A DNA stretch of 64,000 nt from IMG/VR virus record IMGVR_UViG_3300002835_000064; one strand, given 5' to 3'. The translations under genes were made by a program, and so were the position numbers. Shown piece after piece: positions 45,901-54,961 of the stretch. This DNA is from a virus. Lineage: Duplodnaviria > Heunggongvirae > Uroviricota > Caudoviricetes. Within the stretch, counting starts at the first letter, position 1. Each line of letters begins with the position of its first letter. The notes beneath the pieces are model-generated. The model worked only from the letters and a program-made list of their open reading frames with translations, made no database searches and was not told the origin of the DNA.

Positions 45901-48404
45901 AATTAGTTGCATTATCAACTCCAACCCAACCGCTAGTAAATGTATCATCATTTGTAAATGGTGGTTGTAAATGGTATAATGATAATGCAATATGGGATAG
46001 CACTACTGATTGGGGTAGTACTCCGCGAGTTTGGACTAGAACTATTAATTTCCCACGCGATTCAAATTACGTATTTACGTTCTGCGCAGATAATATCGGA
46101 ACTGTATCAGTCGATTCAAATATTGTCGTTGATATATCAATTATGACTTCGACTAATCCTAATTTTACTAATACCAATTGGGGCCATCAATATTTAACGA
46201 AAGGTGATCATGTTATAACTATTGAAGCTAAAAACGCCGGCGGTGATGCTATTTCCGGCCACGCTGGATTTGCTTTAGATATAGTCGATTCTGGTTCTGG
46301 TTATACAGCTGGTGGTGTTGGTGGTAGAGCTGGGAAAGCTGGTGATTCTGGTTCTGGTGGTTGGGGTGGCGGTTCTTCAGCTATTTTACGAGCGGATGGA
46401 ACAGTTATGGTTGTTGCGGCTGGTGGAGCCGGTGGTGGTGGTGGTGGTAATCAAGCCAAAGGTAAATCAGCAGATTGGAATGTGATTAATATCGGTGGGG
46501 CAATAGATGGCGGTAATAAAGGAACTGGTGATGGTGGCGGTGGCGGTGCTGGGGGTGGTGGAGCGCCAGCCGGGTACGGTAGTATTTTAATTGGTCATGG
46601 TACTGGTGGTTTAGTTAATACTGGCGATAAAGGTGGTGAGGCAGGTAGTAAAGGTAGATCTTATATTAACCCAATAATTGAAGATTGGGCTATAAACCCA
46701 GCTGGCAATAAAGGTTTACTTAGTACCAAAACTATTACCGGTGATGCCGGAAATGGGGGCGTATGGATTACTGCAATACCAAAACCACCAATGACAAAAA
46801 TGCTTCCTGATGATGTTGCTAATCAAGCCGGAGCTAACTTCGGAACGGTTATTGCTTATAGTGGAGATGGTACCAGAGTTGTTATTGGATCACCATTAGC
46901 GGGACCGACGGATACTGGGGCTGTGTATATATTTGTGGGTAATGGTAATACATGGACTCAAGAAGCTAAATTAGTTTCGTCTAATATAGTAGATGGTGAT
47001 CATTTTGGTTCTGCTGTCGATATAACTTATAATGGCGATCGCATTATAGTCGGAGCCCCTAATGCTAATGCATTGCCTTATAATCAAAATGATTCCGGTG
47101 GTGCTTATATATTCAAACGTAATGGAACCTCATGGACCGAAGAGTTTTATATTACTGGTGGTAATGGCGGAGCCAACGATTATTTTGGTAGTGCAGTTTC
47201 TATTAATAGTGATGGGTCTATTGTAATTATTGGTGCCAGTGGTGATGATACTGGGGAATTAGCGCAAGTCGGTTATGTTTATGCGTATTATCGAGCCGGT
47301 AGTGTTTGGGCTAATTTAGATTGGAAAACTGATGCAGAAATAATACCAGCCCATGGTTCTGAAGCTGGAGCGATGCATGGTTCTGCAACGGCATGTAATT
47401 TAGCTGGCGATCGGGCTATTGAAGGTTCACCAACTGATAATAATAACGTAAAAAATGTAACTAATTGCGGAACCGTAACTATTCATCATAAAAATAAAGG
47501 CATTCCTGGCTGGAAACATGTTAGTTATGGTAGTTGGGGTTCATTTATGAATAAGTATGCGATCTGGTCCGGTCCATTTACTGCAAATAGAACGGTTACT
47601 ATAACCACACCCATAACTTTTCCAGCTTTCGGCTTGTATTGGGTACAAATGGCTGCGGATAATAATGTAGAGTATTATATGCTCGATATGGGGTCAAATA
47701 ATTATTCGGGATTTACGGGCTCGCAAACTTGGTTTATTAACATTCATAATCAACTTACTCAAGATTTAACATTAACTATTCGTAATGGTAGTGGATCAGG
47801 TGGTAATCCGGCAGGTGTTGCAGTTAGAATTACGACATACGAAGATAATAGTGAAGTATGGACTACCTTAAATTTAGTTGATTCTGAATGGACTAGAGAA
47901 TTATGGATCGATGCCCCGTTCCCAATAAAAGATGGTCATTTTGGTGCTAGTGTCGATATGGATGGTAACGGTGATCGTGTTGTTATTGGGGCTCCGGATG
48001 AAACGCAATCTGGTTTAGTTAAAGCTGGCGCAGCTTATGTTTATAGACGAGCCAATTCAACTTGGATTTATGAAGGTAAATTAACAGCATCGGATAAGGA
48101 AGCCAATACTAATTTTGGTTCGGCCGTTTCGATTAATGGGGCGGGTGATGTTATCGCGGTAGGTGAAATGAAAGCAAATGCGATTGGATTAGTTGCTTGT
48201 GGTGCAGTTTATATTTACAAGCGAGTCGGTAAGGTATGGACTCAGTATACTAAATTAATGGCGAATGATAAAGCGGCGGGAGATAATTTTGGATGTTCGG
48301 TTTCTTTAAATAATGCCGGAACACAAGTAGTAGTGGGAGCTAAAAACAAAAATCGCCAAGCAATTGGAAATGCTGGCGCAGTTTATTATATACCAATAAA
48401 TTAA
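42942..48404 (+). CDS. multi-domain adhesin-like virion protein (1820 aa): N-terminal Ig/cadherin-like (He_PIG-like) module, (GGTGGS)n linker, Ig-like domains, PA14-like domain, Gly-rich segments, C-terminal FG-GAP beta-propeller
   Basis: He_PIG-like D.FNPF..GG.G.F.Y.FD...LP.G..L....G.I.G motifs; PA14-like SNYVFTFCADNIGTVSVDSNIVVD...KGDHVITIEAKNAGGDA; at least 6 FG-GAP repeats (HFGSAVDITYNGDRIIVGAP...GGAYIF, YFGSAVSINSDGSIVIIGAS, HFGASVDMDGNGDRVVIGAP...GAAYVY, NFGSAVSINGAGDVIAVGE, NFGCSVSLNNAGTQVVVGA). Confidence 0.6.
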   Translation: MFISKPLLNTRLFTAATILLPSDPLPAVVASVFSYSPIDTLTVRGGTKYRADNGIHPYRYKLVGSNDVGITIDEFTGAITGTISRINAKFLNITLRLEVADFHNIRANFNDPIVNLGTKKYCTIDIKVSWPAIVVTTPANKATLNKNMDDTVSFNPFTYADGHYDIVGGASAGGTFADADFKYYFDSESLQLAFPEAVHGSAFFNTITETSFGDLILNPDTGEITGRLNHYFNPMFNHTAGTKNMTLPVFVRDKFRNSSNVINVQFNLTLEPIAIIPAPPIDIHVTDGNPTDISIPITNGNGNGGVGPFDYTFNDNRLTDEGFRIVTGDDGVTRLVRDDASSGGTGGSGGTGGSGGTGGSGGTGGSGGTGGSGGTGGSGGSGGTGGTGGSGGSGGTGGTGGSGGTGGSGGTGGTGGTGGTSSTITVTDGAGQTTTITIWVEVVPDIVLTATNQTIILVVNDPLSYYDDNSKSYYNKYVLDPFNGTTGGYPVSTAGGVSVYKSYTSSNVSVPIGLTTGIVTRTSSFANPSTDGSTKSIFTLTDNYGFTKTITHTYLIYPALAASVVTSLPLKGNNTQYRTKSFYNESSLAIFEPITVTAGSGSYVYHIKSTTDGAIINGTTTDTTDKYQLDIRTGELSSITQVTGVGQKLIEIEVTDTITKRVVNGLFVQLSVDYKPFIVVDNPVTIPATETIRGSASTYTPNTITSGNGSYTWTVSVESTNSHNTTDYGNVSIDASGIVTYTPPITLPSDIRTNPSVNITVTVTDVALSDLPSGTHTYTFTRPLALPANTPGTIILTGAISGAYYSDTAITASLSDFDDVVGNVIWSLIPSNNAAPTINQTLDNASSVTYNSSVGTDVTVTATYTDTLASNQRAQTTFNIRQSSTKITDLPTDGPFIDYPVPPGIISIDVIVNGGGGGGGGWDLLTGGDGCDGDSITATFDVNVGENLQIYIGAGGAGGTVVYDQFHWDQINRIPNDKLPNIINPAKLVALSTPTQPLVNVSSFVNGGCKWYNDNAIWDSTTDWGSTPRVWTRTINFPRDSNYVFTFCADNIGTVSVDSNIVVDISIMTSTNPNFTNTNWGHQYLTKGDHVITIEAKNAGGDAISGHAGFALDIVDSGSGYTAGGVGGRAGKAGDSGSGGWGGGSSAILRADGTVMVVAAGGAGGGGGGNQAKGKSADWNVINIGGAIDGGNKGTGDGGGGGAGGGGAPAGYGSILIGHGTGGLVNTGDKGGEAGSKGRSYINPIIEDWAINPAGNKGLLSTKTITGDAGNGGVWITAIPKPPMTKMLPDDVANQAGANFGTVIAYSGDGTRVVIGSPLAGPTDTGAVYIFVGNGNTWTQEAKLVSSNIVDGDHFGSAVDITYNGDRIIVGAPNANALPYNQNDSGGAYIFKRNGTSWTEEFYITGGNGGANDYFGSAVSINSDGSIVIIGASGDDTGELAQVGYVYAYYRAGSVWANLDWKTDAEIIPAHGSEAGAMHGSATACNLAGDRAIEGSPTDNNNVKNVTNCGTVTIHHKNKGIPGWKHVSYGSWGSFMNKYAIWSGPFTANRTVTITTPITFPAFGLYWVQMAADNNVEYYMLDMGSNNYSGFTGSQTWFINIHNQLTQDLTLTIRNGSGSGGNPAGVAVRITTYEDNSEVWTTLNLVDSEWTRELWIDAPFPIKDGHFGASVDMDGNGDRVVIGAPDETQSGLVKAGAAYVYRRANSTWIYEGKLTASDKEANTNFGSAVSINGAGDVIAVGEMKANAIGLVACGAVYIYKRVGKVWTQYTKLMANDKAAGDNFGCSVSLNNAGTQVVVGAKNKNRQAIGNAGAVYYIPIN
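43966..44207 (+). repeat. about 13 tandem copies of an 18-nt unit (GGAGGTACTGGTGGATCA) encoding (GGTGGS)n, with a few 12-nt variants
   Basis: Tandem periodicity read directly in the sequence; in frame inside ORF 42942-48404. Confidence 0.8.
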
Positions 48405-48413
48405 TTTAGTAAT

Positions 48414-49529
48414 ATGCATATATCAAAACCAAATTCCGAAGATAGAATTTTTGCAGCAACTAATATACTGATGCCCGAAAATGGTAAAGTTATTTTAGTT
48501 CGTGATACTATTATTTACTATCCAATCGATGCGTATACCGTACAAGGTGGAACTAGATTTAAAACTAATCCATGGACTAGTCCATATCGCTACAAGTTAG
48601 TCGGTCCTAATGCTCTTGGTTTAGTTATTAATTCTAAAAACGGTAAGATATCCGGAACTGTAAATCCAATATCAACTAAAACAAAAATAGTTCCGGTAAA
48701 AATAGCGATATTTGATAGTATTAATAAAAAATGTAATTTTTCCGACCCGCTAAATAATTTCACTAGAATAAAATTTTGTACTATTTATTTTGACGTTAGA
48801 TGGCCGCCTATTAGTGCAGCTATAACTAAAACATCATTAATTATTAATATTAACGATACTATAGACTTTAATCCATTTGTTAATAATGGGGTTTCTGTTG
48901 TTACTGGCGGAACTGGTAAAAGTTTTAAATATGAATTCGATGTCGACTATTTAAAATTATTATATCCGCATATTTCATTCGGACCTAATATTACAAAAAA
49001 AACATTCGGTAGTTTATCACTTAATAATAATACCGGAAAAATTACTGGGACTATATCAACAGAGTTCTTAGAATTTTTTAATAACAATAAATTCGGAACT
49101 AAAATAATTCCATTATATTTTATCATTAAAGATAGATTAAATAATATTAGTGGTGTTGATAATGACGGTAAAATTTACAGTAGAATTAAGATTGATTTAT
49201 CATTAACTGTAGATGAATTATATATTTTAACTCCTCCAAATCCAATTAATTTAACCTTAGCCAAAGCGGTTGATAATACTAACCAATCATTTACTGTTAT
49301 ATCTAAAATTGGCGGGGGATTAAAACCGTATACAGTTTCCTTCGAATCTAAAACTTTCGATAAACATTTTCAATTGATAATTCAGTCAGATGATTCGGTT
49401 ATTATCAAACCTAAAACGGTCAATTTGCCGGAAATACCCCGCATTAACAATCAATCGTCGGCAAAAGTTAACGTTATTGATTCTATGGGGCAATTCGCCT
49501 ATATTACTGCGTTTATAGAAGTTCATTAA
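48414..49529 (+). CDS. 371-aa paralog consisting only of the shared N-terminal Ig/cadherin-like module
   Basis: MHISKPNSEDRIFAATNIL..., RYKLVGPNALGL, DFNPFVNNG...GKSFKYEFDVDYLKLLYP... are colinear with the first ~370 aa of ORFs 42942 and 49615. Confidence 0.55.
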   Translation: MHISKPNSEDRIFAATNILMPENGKVILVRDTIIYYPIDAYTVQGGTRFKTNPWTSPYRYKLVGPNALGLVINSKNGKISGTVNPISTKTKIVPVKIAIFDSINKKCNFSDPLNNFTRIKFCTIYFDVRWPPISAAITKTSLIININDTIDFNPFVNNGVSVVTGGTGKSFKYEFDVDYLKLLYPHISFGPNITKKTFGSLSLNNNTGKITGTISTEFLEFFNNNKFGTKIIPLYFIIKDRLNNISGVDNDGKIYSRIKIDLSLTVDELYILTPPNPINLTLAKAVDNTNQSFTVISKIGGGLKPYTVSFESKTFDKHFQLIIQSDDSVIIKPKTVNLPEIPRINNQSSAKVNVIDSMGQFAYITAFIEVH

Positions 49530-49614
49530 TATGATAGAACAGGTAAAATTACCGTTGATAAAGATAAATATCATATTATCCATTTATACCATTTTAACCA
49601 TACCGTGAGTAATT

Positions 49615-52600
49615 ATGTTTATATCAAAACCATTATTAAATACTAGATTATTTACTGCAGCTACTGCTAGTTTACCGGCGAATAATACAGTAGAAGTCGA
49701 AGTAAATTCATTAGTATCATTCTCACCAGTTAATTCTCTTACTATAAGAGGTGGTACTAAATATAGAGCAAATAACTACGCATTCCCGTATAGATATCAA
49801 TTTATCGGAACTAATACATTAAATTTAACTATCAATAACCAAACCGGATTAGTTAGTGGAACTATTCCAAGAATTAATGCAAAATCGATAACTTCAGATG
49901 CAATGAAAATAGAAGTTGTTGATTTTCAAAAATATCGAGCTAATTTTGCGGATAGATTAGATAATTTCAAAAAAAATCGATATTGTGAAGTTTTATTTAA
50001 AGTTGTTTGGCCGGCTATCGTCGTTTCAATACCCCAAAATAAATTATCATTTGCTCAAAATATGGATGATACTGTTAGTTTTAATCCATTTATTGATGCG
50101 AATAATAATTATGTGGTTTCTGGTGGGGCAATGGCGGGCGGAACTTATGCGGATGCCGGATTTAAATATGAATTTGATATTGATAAATTAAAAGAAGTTT
50201 ATCCATCAGTTCCATTCCTTAATGATATATCGGCGACTACTTTTGGTGATCTATCTATTAATAACGATACTGGTTTAATAACTGGGAAATTAAATGATAA
50301 ATTTTTAACATTTTTTTCAGATCATGTTCCTGCTACTAAAAATAAAGCATTATATTTTATAGTTAAAGATAAATTCGATAACAAATATGGTGTGGATAGA
50401 GATGGGAATATTAATAACCGAATTAGTATTAATTTAGCGTTAACTCTAACTGAATTAACGGTCGATGCGCCAGCAACCGCGGCTAATTTATTTTATTTAA
50501 AAAGTTGGTTTAATCCACAAAATCCATCTCCAATAAAATTAATTAATAATGTAACATTAGGTATTAAACCATATACATATACTTTCGCATCAACAGTTTT
50601 TCCGGATAATGGTTTAGCATTAGCCCAACAAGCTGATGGGTCTGTTAATTTAACCCGACCTTTAGGTGCAACAAATCAAATATTAGCTGCAAATAACGGA
50701 ACAACTGCAGTTATTAATATAACAGATAAAGTAGGCCAACAAAAATCAATAACTGCATTTATTGAGATTCGAGATAATATTTGGTGGGATGATGGGAACA
50801 CTGGTACTAGAAATTTTGATATTGCTGTCGGTGATGGATTATTGACGATATATGACGATAATACAAAATCATATTATAATAAATTTGTAAAATCACCATT
50901 TCCTAACTTGACTGGCGGTTATCCGGTTTATGCATTTACTGCATCAAATAATTCAACGACTATCAACGCAACTACCGGATTGGTAAATAATCAATCATTT
51001 GCTACGGTCGGATCATATACTAATGATTATACAGTCACTGATTCGAAATCGTATACATGGTGGGTAAGACATAATTATAAAGTTTGGCCAAAATTAATTG
51101 CAGTTATTGATTCTACCTTACCGTTAGTAAATAATAAAAAAACAAAAATATATTTTGCAGAAACTAATTTATCTAATTTTAAACCATTCGAAATAACGAC
51201 TGCTGGTTCTGGAACTTATAAGTATGCGATAACTGCATCTAGCGGAACATATGCTAGTCGTTATTCAATGAATGAGGATACTGGCGCCATATCAACTGCT
51301 ACTATAGTAATGGATGACGCCGCAGTTACTAATTTTACAGTTATGATAACGGATATAGTTACTCATGTCGTAATAACGGGCGAAGTTCAGATTAATACCA
51401 AACCAGCTAAAGTTTCAATCAATCCATTAACCTTTACTTATCCATTAAATGAAGTTAATGGATTTTCTCCATTTACTGATGTTTCTTCGAATAATACAAT
51501 AACATCTAAATTATCTGGCGTTCCCGTATTTAAATATAGTTTTGTTACGTCGGCGTCTGATACTGATTCTGGCGTCGCAACCAAAGATTATTATACCATC
51601 GACTCAACTGGTAAAATTACATATACTGGTAATGGTTTACCATTCGATATGGCAAAAACAATTCTATATGTTAAAGTAGCTGATAATGATTCACCTACTG
51701 TAGTTAAACCAGCAATTGCAACGATTACCTTATTTGGATTAACTATTACTTTTTCTGGTTTAGCTCCTCAAATTGGAAGTTCTCTTTCAGTCAGTGGATT
51801 ACCGTCTGGCGCCTCAGGTATGACATATCAATGGTATACTGTTGATAATGGTGTAGCGTCTATATTATCTGGATCTACTGGGACTACATTTACGCCTGCT
51901 GCAACCGAAACCCATAAAAGTATAGCAGTCGTAGTAAATTACGTATCCGACGGTTTTAAATATTCGGTTAGTTCATTAAACTCGGTTACTGTTTTAGCAG
52001 CAGATGAAACACCAATTTCATTCTCGTATCCAGTATTTGCATATAAATGGAGTAAAACAAATGTAAATAATTTTGGTCAGGCTGATATGGATGGTTATTT
52101 TGCGGTTTATGGTCAAGGGACGATAACTAATGCGCCTAGAATTGGCGGCGGCGGTTTTAGCGCTCAAGGTGGGGCGAGTGTTTGTTACGTAACTAATATA
52201 TCAGGTCATCCATCCGCGAATACTGCTGCGGATTTAACAGCAGCTAGTTATTCGTCTAGTGGGTATATCGACGTTCAAAAAACTAATATTTACGAAGCAT
52301 TTAAATTCGAATTAAAAACTATATTAACAGACCCCACATTTAAAAATATTAAATATTTTGCATTCGTAGTTCATGACTTAGCATCAGTTTTGCGGACTGT
52401 CGGTTCACAATTAACCTATAAGTTATATGATTTCGAGAATCCTAGTGTTATTTTAGATAGTACGGCAATGCAGGAACCAGGTAATGGTTATATATTTAAA
52501 ACCAATATGGCGTATGATGGTAGTGCAGCATCTGCAGTCGTTTTAGGATATTTTACTAGATACGAATCGGTTTGGGTTTATACGCCGAAAATGGTTTATT

Positions 52601-53280
52601 TACCTGGTTCTGGTGATAGCGACCCGAATATATCCGGATTACATTTAGATGCACCGAAAGTAGTAGTTCCTCCTAATCATGCACCGACTGGTTCAATTAC
52701 TATAACTAGTAATAATGCAGCTAATGCCGCCGGTTGTACATTATCATTAACTAATACCGTAGCTGATGCTGATGGATTAGGGACTTTCTCATATCAATGG
52801 AAAGCCGACGGAACTGCAATTGCGAACGCAACAGCGGCTACTTATAAAACAGTAGCTTCGGATAACGGTAAAGTTATGACTTGCGAAATGAAGTATACTG
52901 ACGGTATTGGAAATTTAGAGACTATTACAAGTTCAAATTCAATTACCATTACACAAAATCATCCAGCAACTCTTACGGTTACTCTAACGGGAACCGGTAA
53001 AATAGGCGAGAATTTAACCGCTACTATAACTAATGCATCGGATGCGGAAGGATTAGATTCAAACGCATATCAGTACATGTGGAGTTATAGCTCGAATAAT
53101 CAATTGCGAAATGGTTTCAACGCACCAAATTCGGGGTCGTATTATAATAGTTCTACGTATCCAGTTCAAGCTCCACTAGTAGTGGGCAATGCGGTTTATG
53201 TCCGTGTTTGGGTAACCGACGCATTGGGTGTAGCGAGTGGGTGGGCTGAAAGTAATGATATTATAGTTGCTGCGGCGTAA
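49615..53280 (+). CDS. 1221-aa paralog: shared N-terminal module plus C-terminal Ig-like (Y-Q-W...GAT..TYT) repeat domains
   Basis: MFISKPLLNTRLFTAAT start identical to ORF 42942; the 20-nt context including the ATG (GAGTAATTATGTTTATATC) is duplicated; C-terminal repeats MTYQWYTVDNGVASILSGSTGTTFTP and FSYQWKADGTAIANATAATYKTV resemble those in fibre 5465-7045. Confidence 0.6.
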   Translation: MFISKPLLNTRLFTAATASLPANNTVEVEVNSLVSFSPVNSLTIRGGTKYRANNYAFPYRYQFIGTNTLNLTINNQTGLVSGTIPRINAKSITSDAMKIEVVDFQKYRANFADRLDNFKKNRYCEVLFKVVWPAIVVSIPQNKLSFAQNMDDTVSFNPFIDANNNYVVSGGAMAGGTYADAGFKYEFDIDKLKEVYPSVPFLNDISATTFGDLSINNDTGLITGKLNDKFLTFFSDHVPATKNKALYFIVKDKFDNKYGVDRDGNINNRISINLALTLTELTVDAPATAANLFYLKSWFNPQNPSPIKLINNVTLGIKPYTYTFASTVFPDNGLALAQQADGSVNLTRPLGATNQILAANNGTTAVINITDKVGQQKSITAFIEIRDNIWWDDGNTGTRNFDIAVGDGLLTIYDDNTKSYYNKFVKSPFPNLTGGYPVYAFTASNNSTTINATTGLVNNQSFATVGSYTNDYTVTDSKSYTWWVRHNYKVWPKLIAVIDSTLPLVNNKKTKIYFAETNLSNFKPFEITTAGSGTYKYAITASSGTYASRYSMNEDTGAISTATIVMDDAAVTNFTVMITDIVTHVVITGEVQINTKPAKVSINPLTFTYPLNEVNGFSPFTDVSSNNTITSKLSGVPVFKYSFVTSASDTDSGVATKDYYTIDSTGKITYTGNGLPFDMAKTILYVKVADNDSPTVVKPAIATITLFGLTITFSGLAPQIGSSLSVSGLPSGASGMTYQWYTVDNGVASILSGSTGTTFTPAATETHKSIAVVVNYVSDGFKYSVSSLNSVTVLAADETPISFSYPVFAYKWSKTNVNNFGQADMDGYFAVYGQGTITNAPRIGGGGFSAQGGASVCYVTNISGHPSANTAADLTAASYSSSGYIDVQKTNIYEAFKFELKTILTDPTFKNIKYFAFVVHDLASVLRTVGSQLTYKLYDFENPSVILDSTAMQEPGNGYIFKTNMAYDGSAASAVVLGYFTRYESVWVYTPKMVYLPGSGDSDPNISGLHLDAPKVVVPPNHAPTGSITITSNNAANAAGCTLSLTNTVADADGLGTFSYQWKADGTAIANATAATYKTVASDNGKVMTCEMKYTDGIGNLETITSSNSITITQNHPATLTVTLTGTGKIGENLTATITNASDAEGLDSNAYQYMWSYSSNNQLRNGFNAPNSGSYYNSSTYPVQAPLVVGNAVYVRVWVTDALGVASGWAESNDIIVAAA

Positions 53281-53349
53281 ATGGTAAATTAACCGTCGGA
53301 TAAATACAATATTATAATCATATTTCCCTATTTTTGGAGTTAATTTAAT

Positions 53350-54864
53350 ATGTTATCCGACGGCTTACAATTTCTCGCGGGAGCAGTAAATACAAATTTT
53401 TCACTTCCGTTTACTAATAATTTATCCACTGTCGTTAACGCGACCCGAGGGGATTTAGTTTACAATACTGGGATTAACCCAGGTCTTTATATTCATGATG
53501 GAGCTAAATGGGTTTTAGGCTTAGATTTAGGACCACAAACCGCTACACCCGATGCTGAAGTAACTACAAATAAAGGCATTGCTGGTGGATATGCTGCATT
53601 AGATACTAATAGTTTATTATTAACAGCTAACTTACCAGCATTTACTGGAGATGTTACTTCAAATGCCGGTTCTAATACTCTATCATTAAATGCAATTCCT
53701 TGGAGTAAACTATCAGGTAAACCAACCACATTATCAAATTACGGTATTATCGAAACTGATGATTTATTAGTTGGTTTAATGAATAGTAAAGTTTCAAAAT
53801 CTGGTGTTGCATTAGCCGCAGGCACGGCAATTAAAGTTACCTTTAATTCAAATGGTTTAATCACAGCTGCTGGTTCATTAGCATTATCTGATATTCCGGA
53901 TTTACCTTGGAATAAAATTACAACTGGTAAACCGACTGCATTAACTGGTTATGGTATCACTGAAGCTGATCCATTATTAATGGCGATATCTAACTCTAAA
54001 ATAAATAAACCAAGTACCGCTTTAACGCCAACTACAGCCACCAAAATTTCATTTAATGAAAATGGTTTAGTTACTAGTTCTGGTTCATTATCAGCTAATG
54101 ATATTCCTATTATACCTTGGTCTAAATTAAATAATACTCCGACTTTATTAACTAATTATGGTATTAGTGAAGCTGATCCATTATTAATGGCATTATATAA
54201 TGCCAAAGTTCAAAAATCGGGTGCTATGTTGACAGCCGGAACTGCAACTAAAGTTACTTTTAATGCTAGTGGTTTAATAACTGCATCTAGTCCATTAACC
54301 GTTTCTGATTTACCTGCCGGTTCATTAACTACGACGTCAGATTTAAATTGGGATAGAATTACCAATCATCCAACTACATTAGCTGGTTATGGTATAATTG
54401 CAACTGATACTATATTAACGGCTATTACTGATTTGATTACTGGTGTTAATGGTGGATCATCTGCTATTACAGCAGATCCAACTATTAAAATAGTTCGAGT
54501 AAATGGCGATAATTATAATATAACAGTTGCTGATAATGGTAAATTTTTACAAGTAAACGATGAAGTTAATAGATCAATTATAGTTCCTGCGGTTGGTGTT
54601 TTAACTATAGGTAAAAACTTTACCGTTTATAATCAATCACCTAATTATATAACAAACGTAGTAATTCCGGTTGGTTATACAGTTCGTCAAAGTGGGGATG
54701 CAACTATAAAAATTAATGGTGCTAATGGTGGTAAAATTGTCATCGCCCCATTCTGTAAAGTTACTTTATTATTTACGTCGGAAGATGGAACATCAACTGG
54801 ACCAACATCAGCAGTTAATCAAATTATTGTAGATGGTGTTTTTGATACTGCATCATTAACCTAA
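53350..54864 (+). CDS. tail fibre protein (504 aa) with repeated LPAFTGDVTS-type modules
   Basis: N-terminal MLSDGLQFLAGAVNTNFSLPF...GDLVYNTGINPGLYIHDGAKW is paralogous to 38267 and 54962; four ~45-aa repeats (S.L.A.DIP.LPW.KI...PTTL..YGI.E.D). Confidence 0.6.
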   Translation: MLSDGLQFLAGAVNTNFSLPFTNNLSTVVNATRGDLVYNTGINPGLYIHDGAKWVLGLDLGPQTATPDAEVTTNKGIAGGYAALDTNSLLLTANLPAFTGDVTSNAGSNTLSLNAIPWSKLSGKPTTLSNYGIIETDDLLVGLMNSKVSKSGVALAAGTAIKVTFNSNGLITAAGSLALSDIPDLPWNKITTGKPTALTGYGITEADPLLMAISNSKINKPSTALTPTTATKISFNENGLVTSSGSLSANDIPIIPWSKLNNTPTLLTNYGISEADPLLMALYNAKVQKSGAMLTAGTATKVTFNASGLITASSPLTVSDLPAGSLTTTSDLNWDRITNHPTTLAGYGIIATDTILTAITDLITGVNGGSSAITADPTIKIVRVNGDNYNITVADNGKFLQVNDEVNRSIIVPAVGVLTIGKNFTVYNQSPNYITNVVIPVGYTVRQSGDATIKINGANGGKIVIAPFCKVTLLFTSEDGTSTGPTSAVNQIIVDGVFDTASLT

Positions 54865-54961
54865 TAAAATCGTTTAAAATTAAGTAGTTCGTGGTAGTTC
54901 TAGCCGGTAGAATAAATAAAATATTACAATACAAATTTACATCATTTGGAGTTAATATTAT

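Noticed and set aside
43954-53729. Small ORFs 43954-44214, 45958-46146, 49386-49583, 49985-50191 and 53493-53729
   Set aside because: Nested in or antisense to long supported genes; 43954-44214 is the repeat read in another frame
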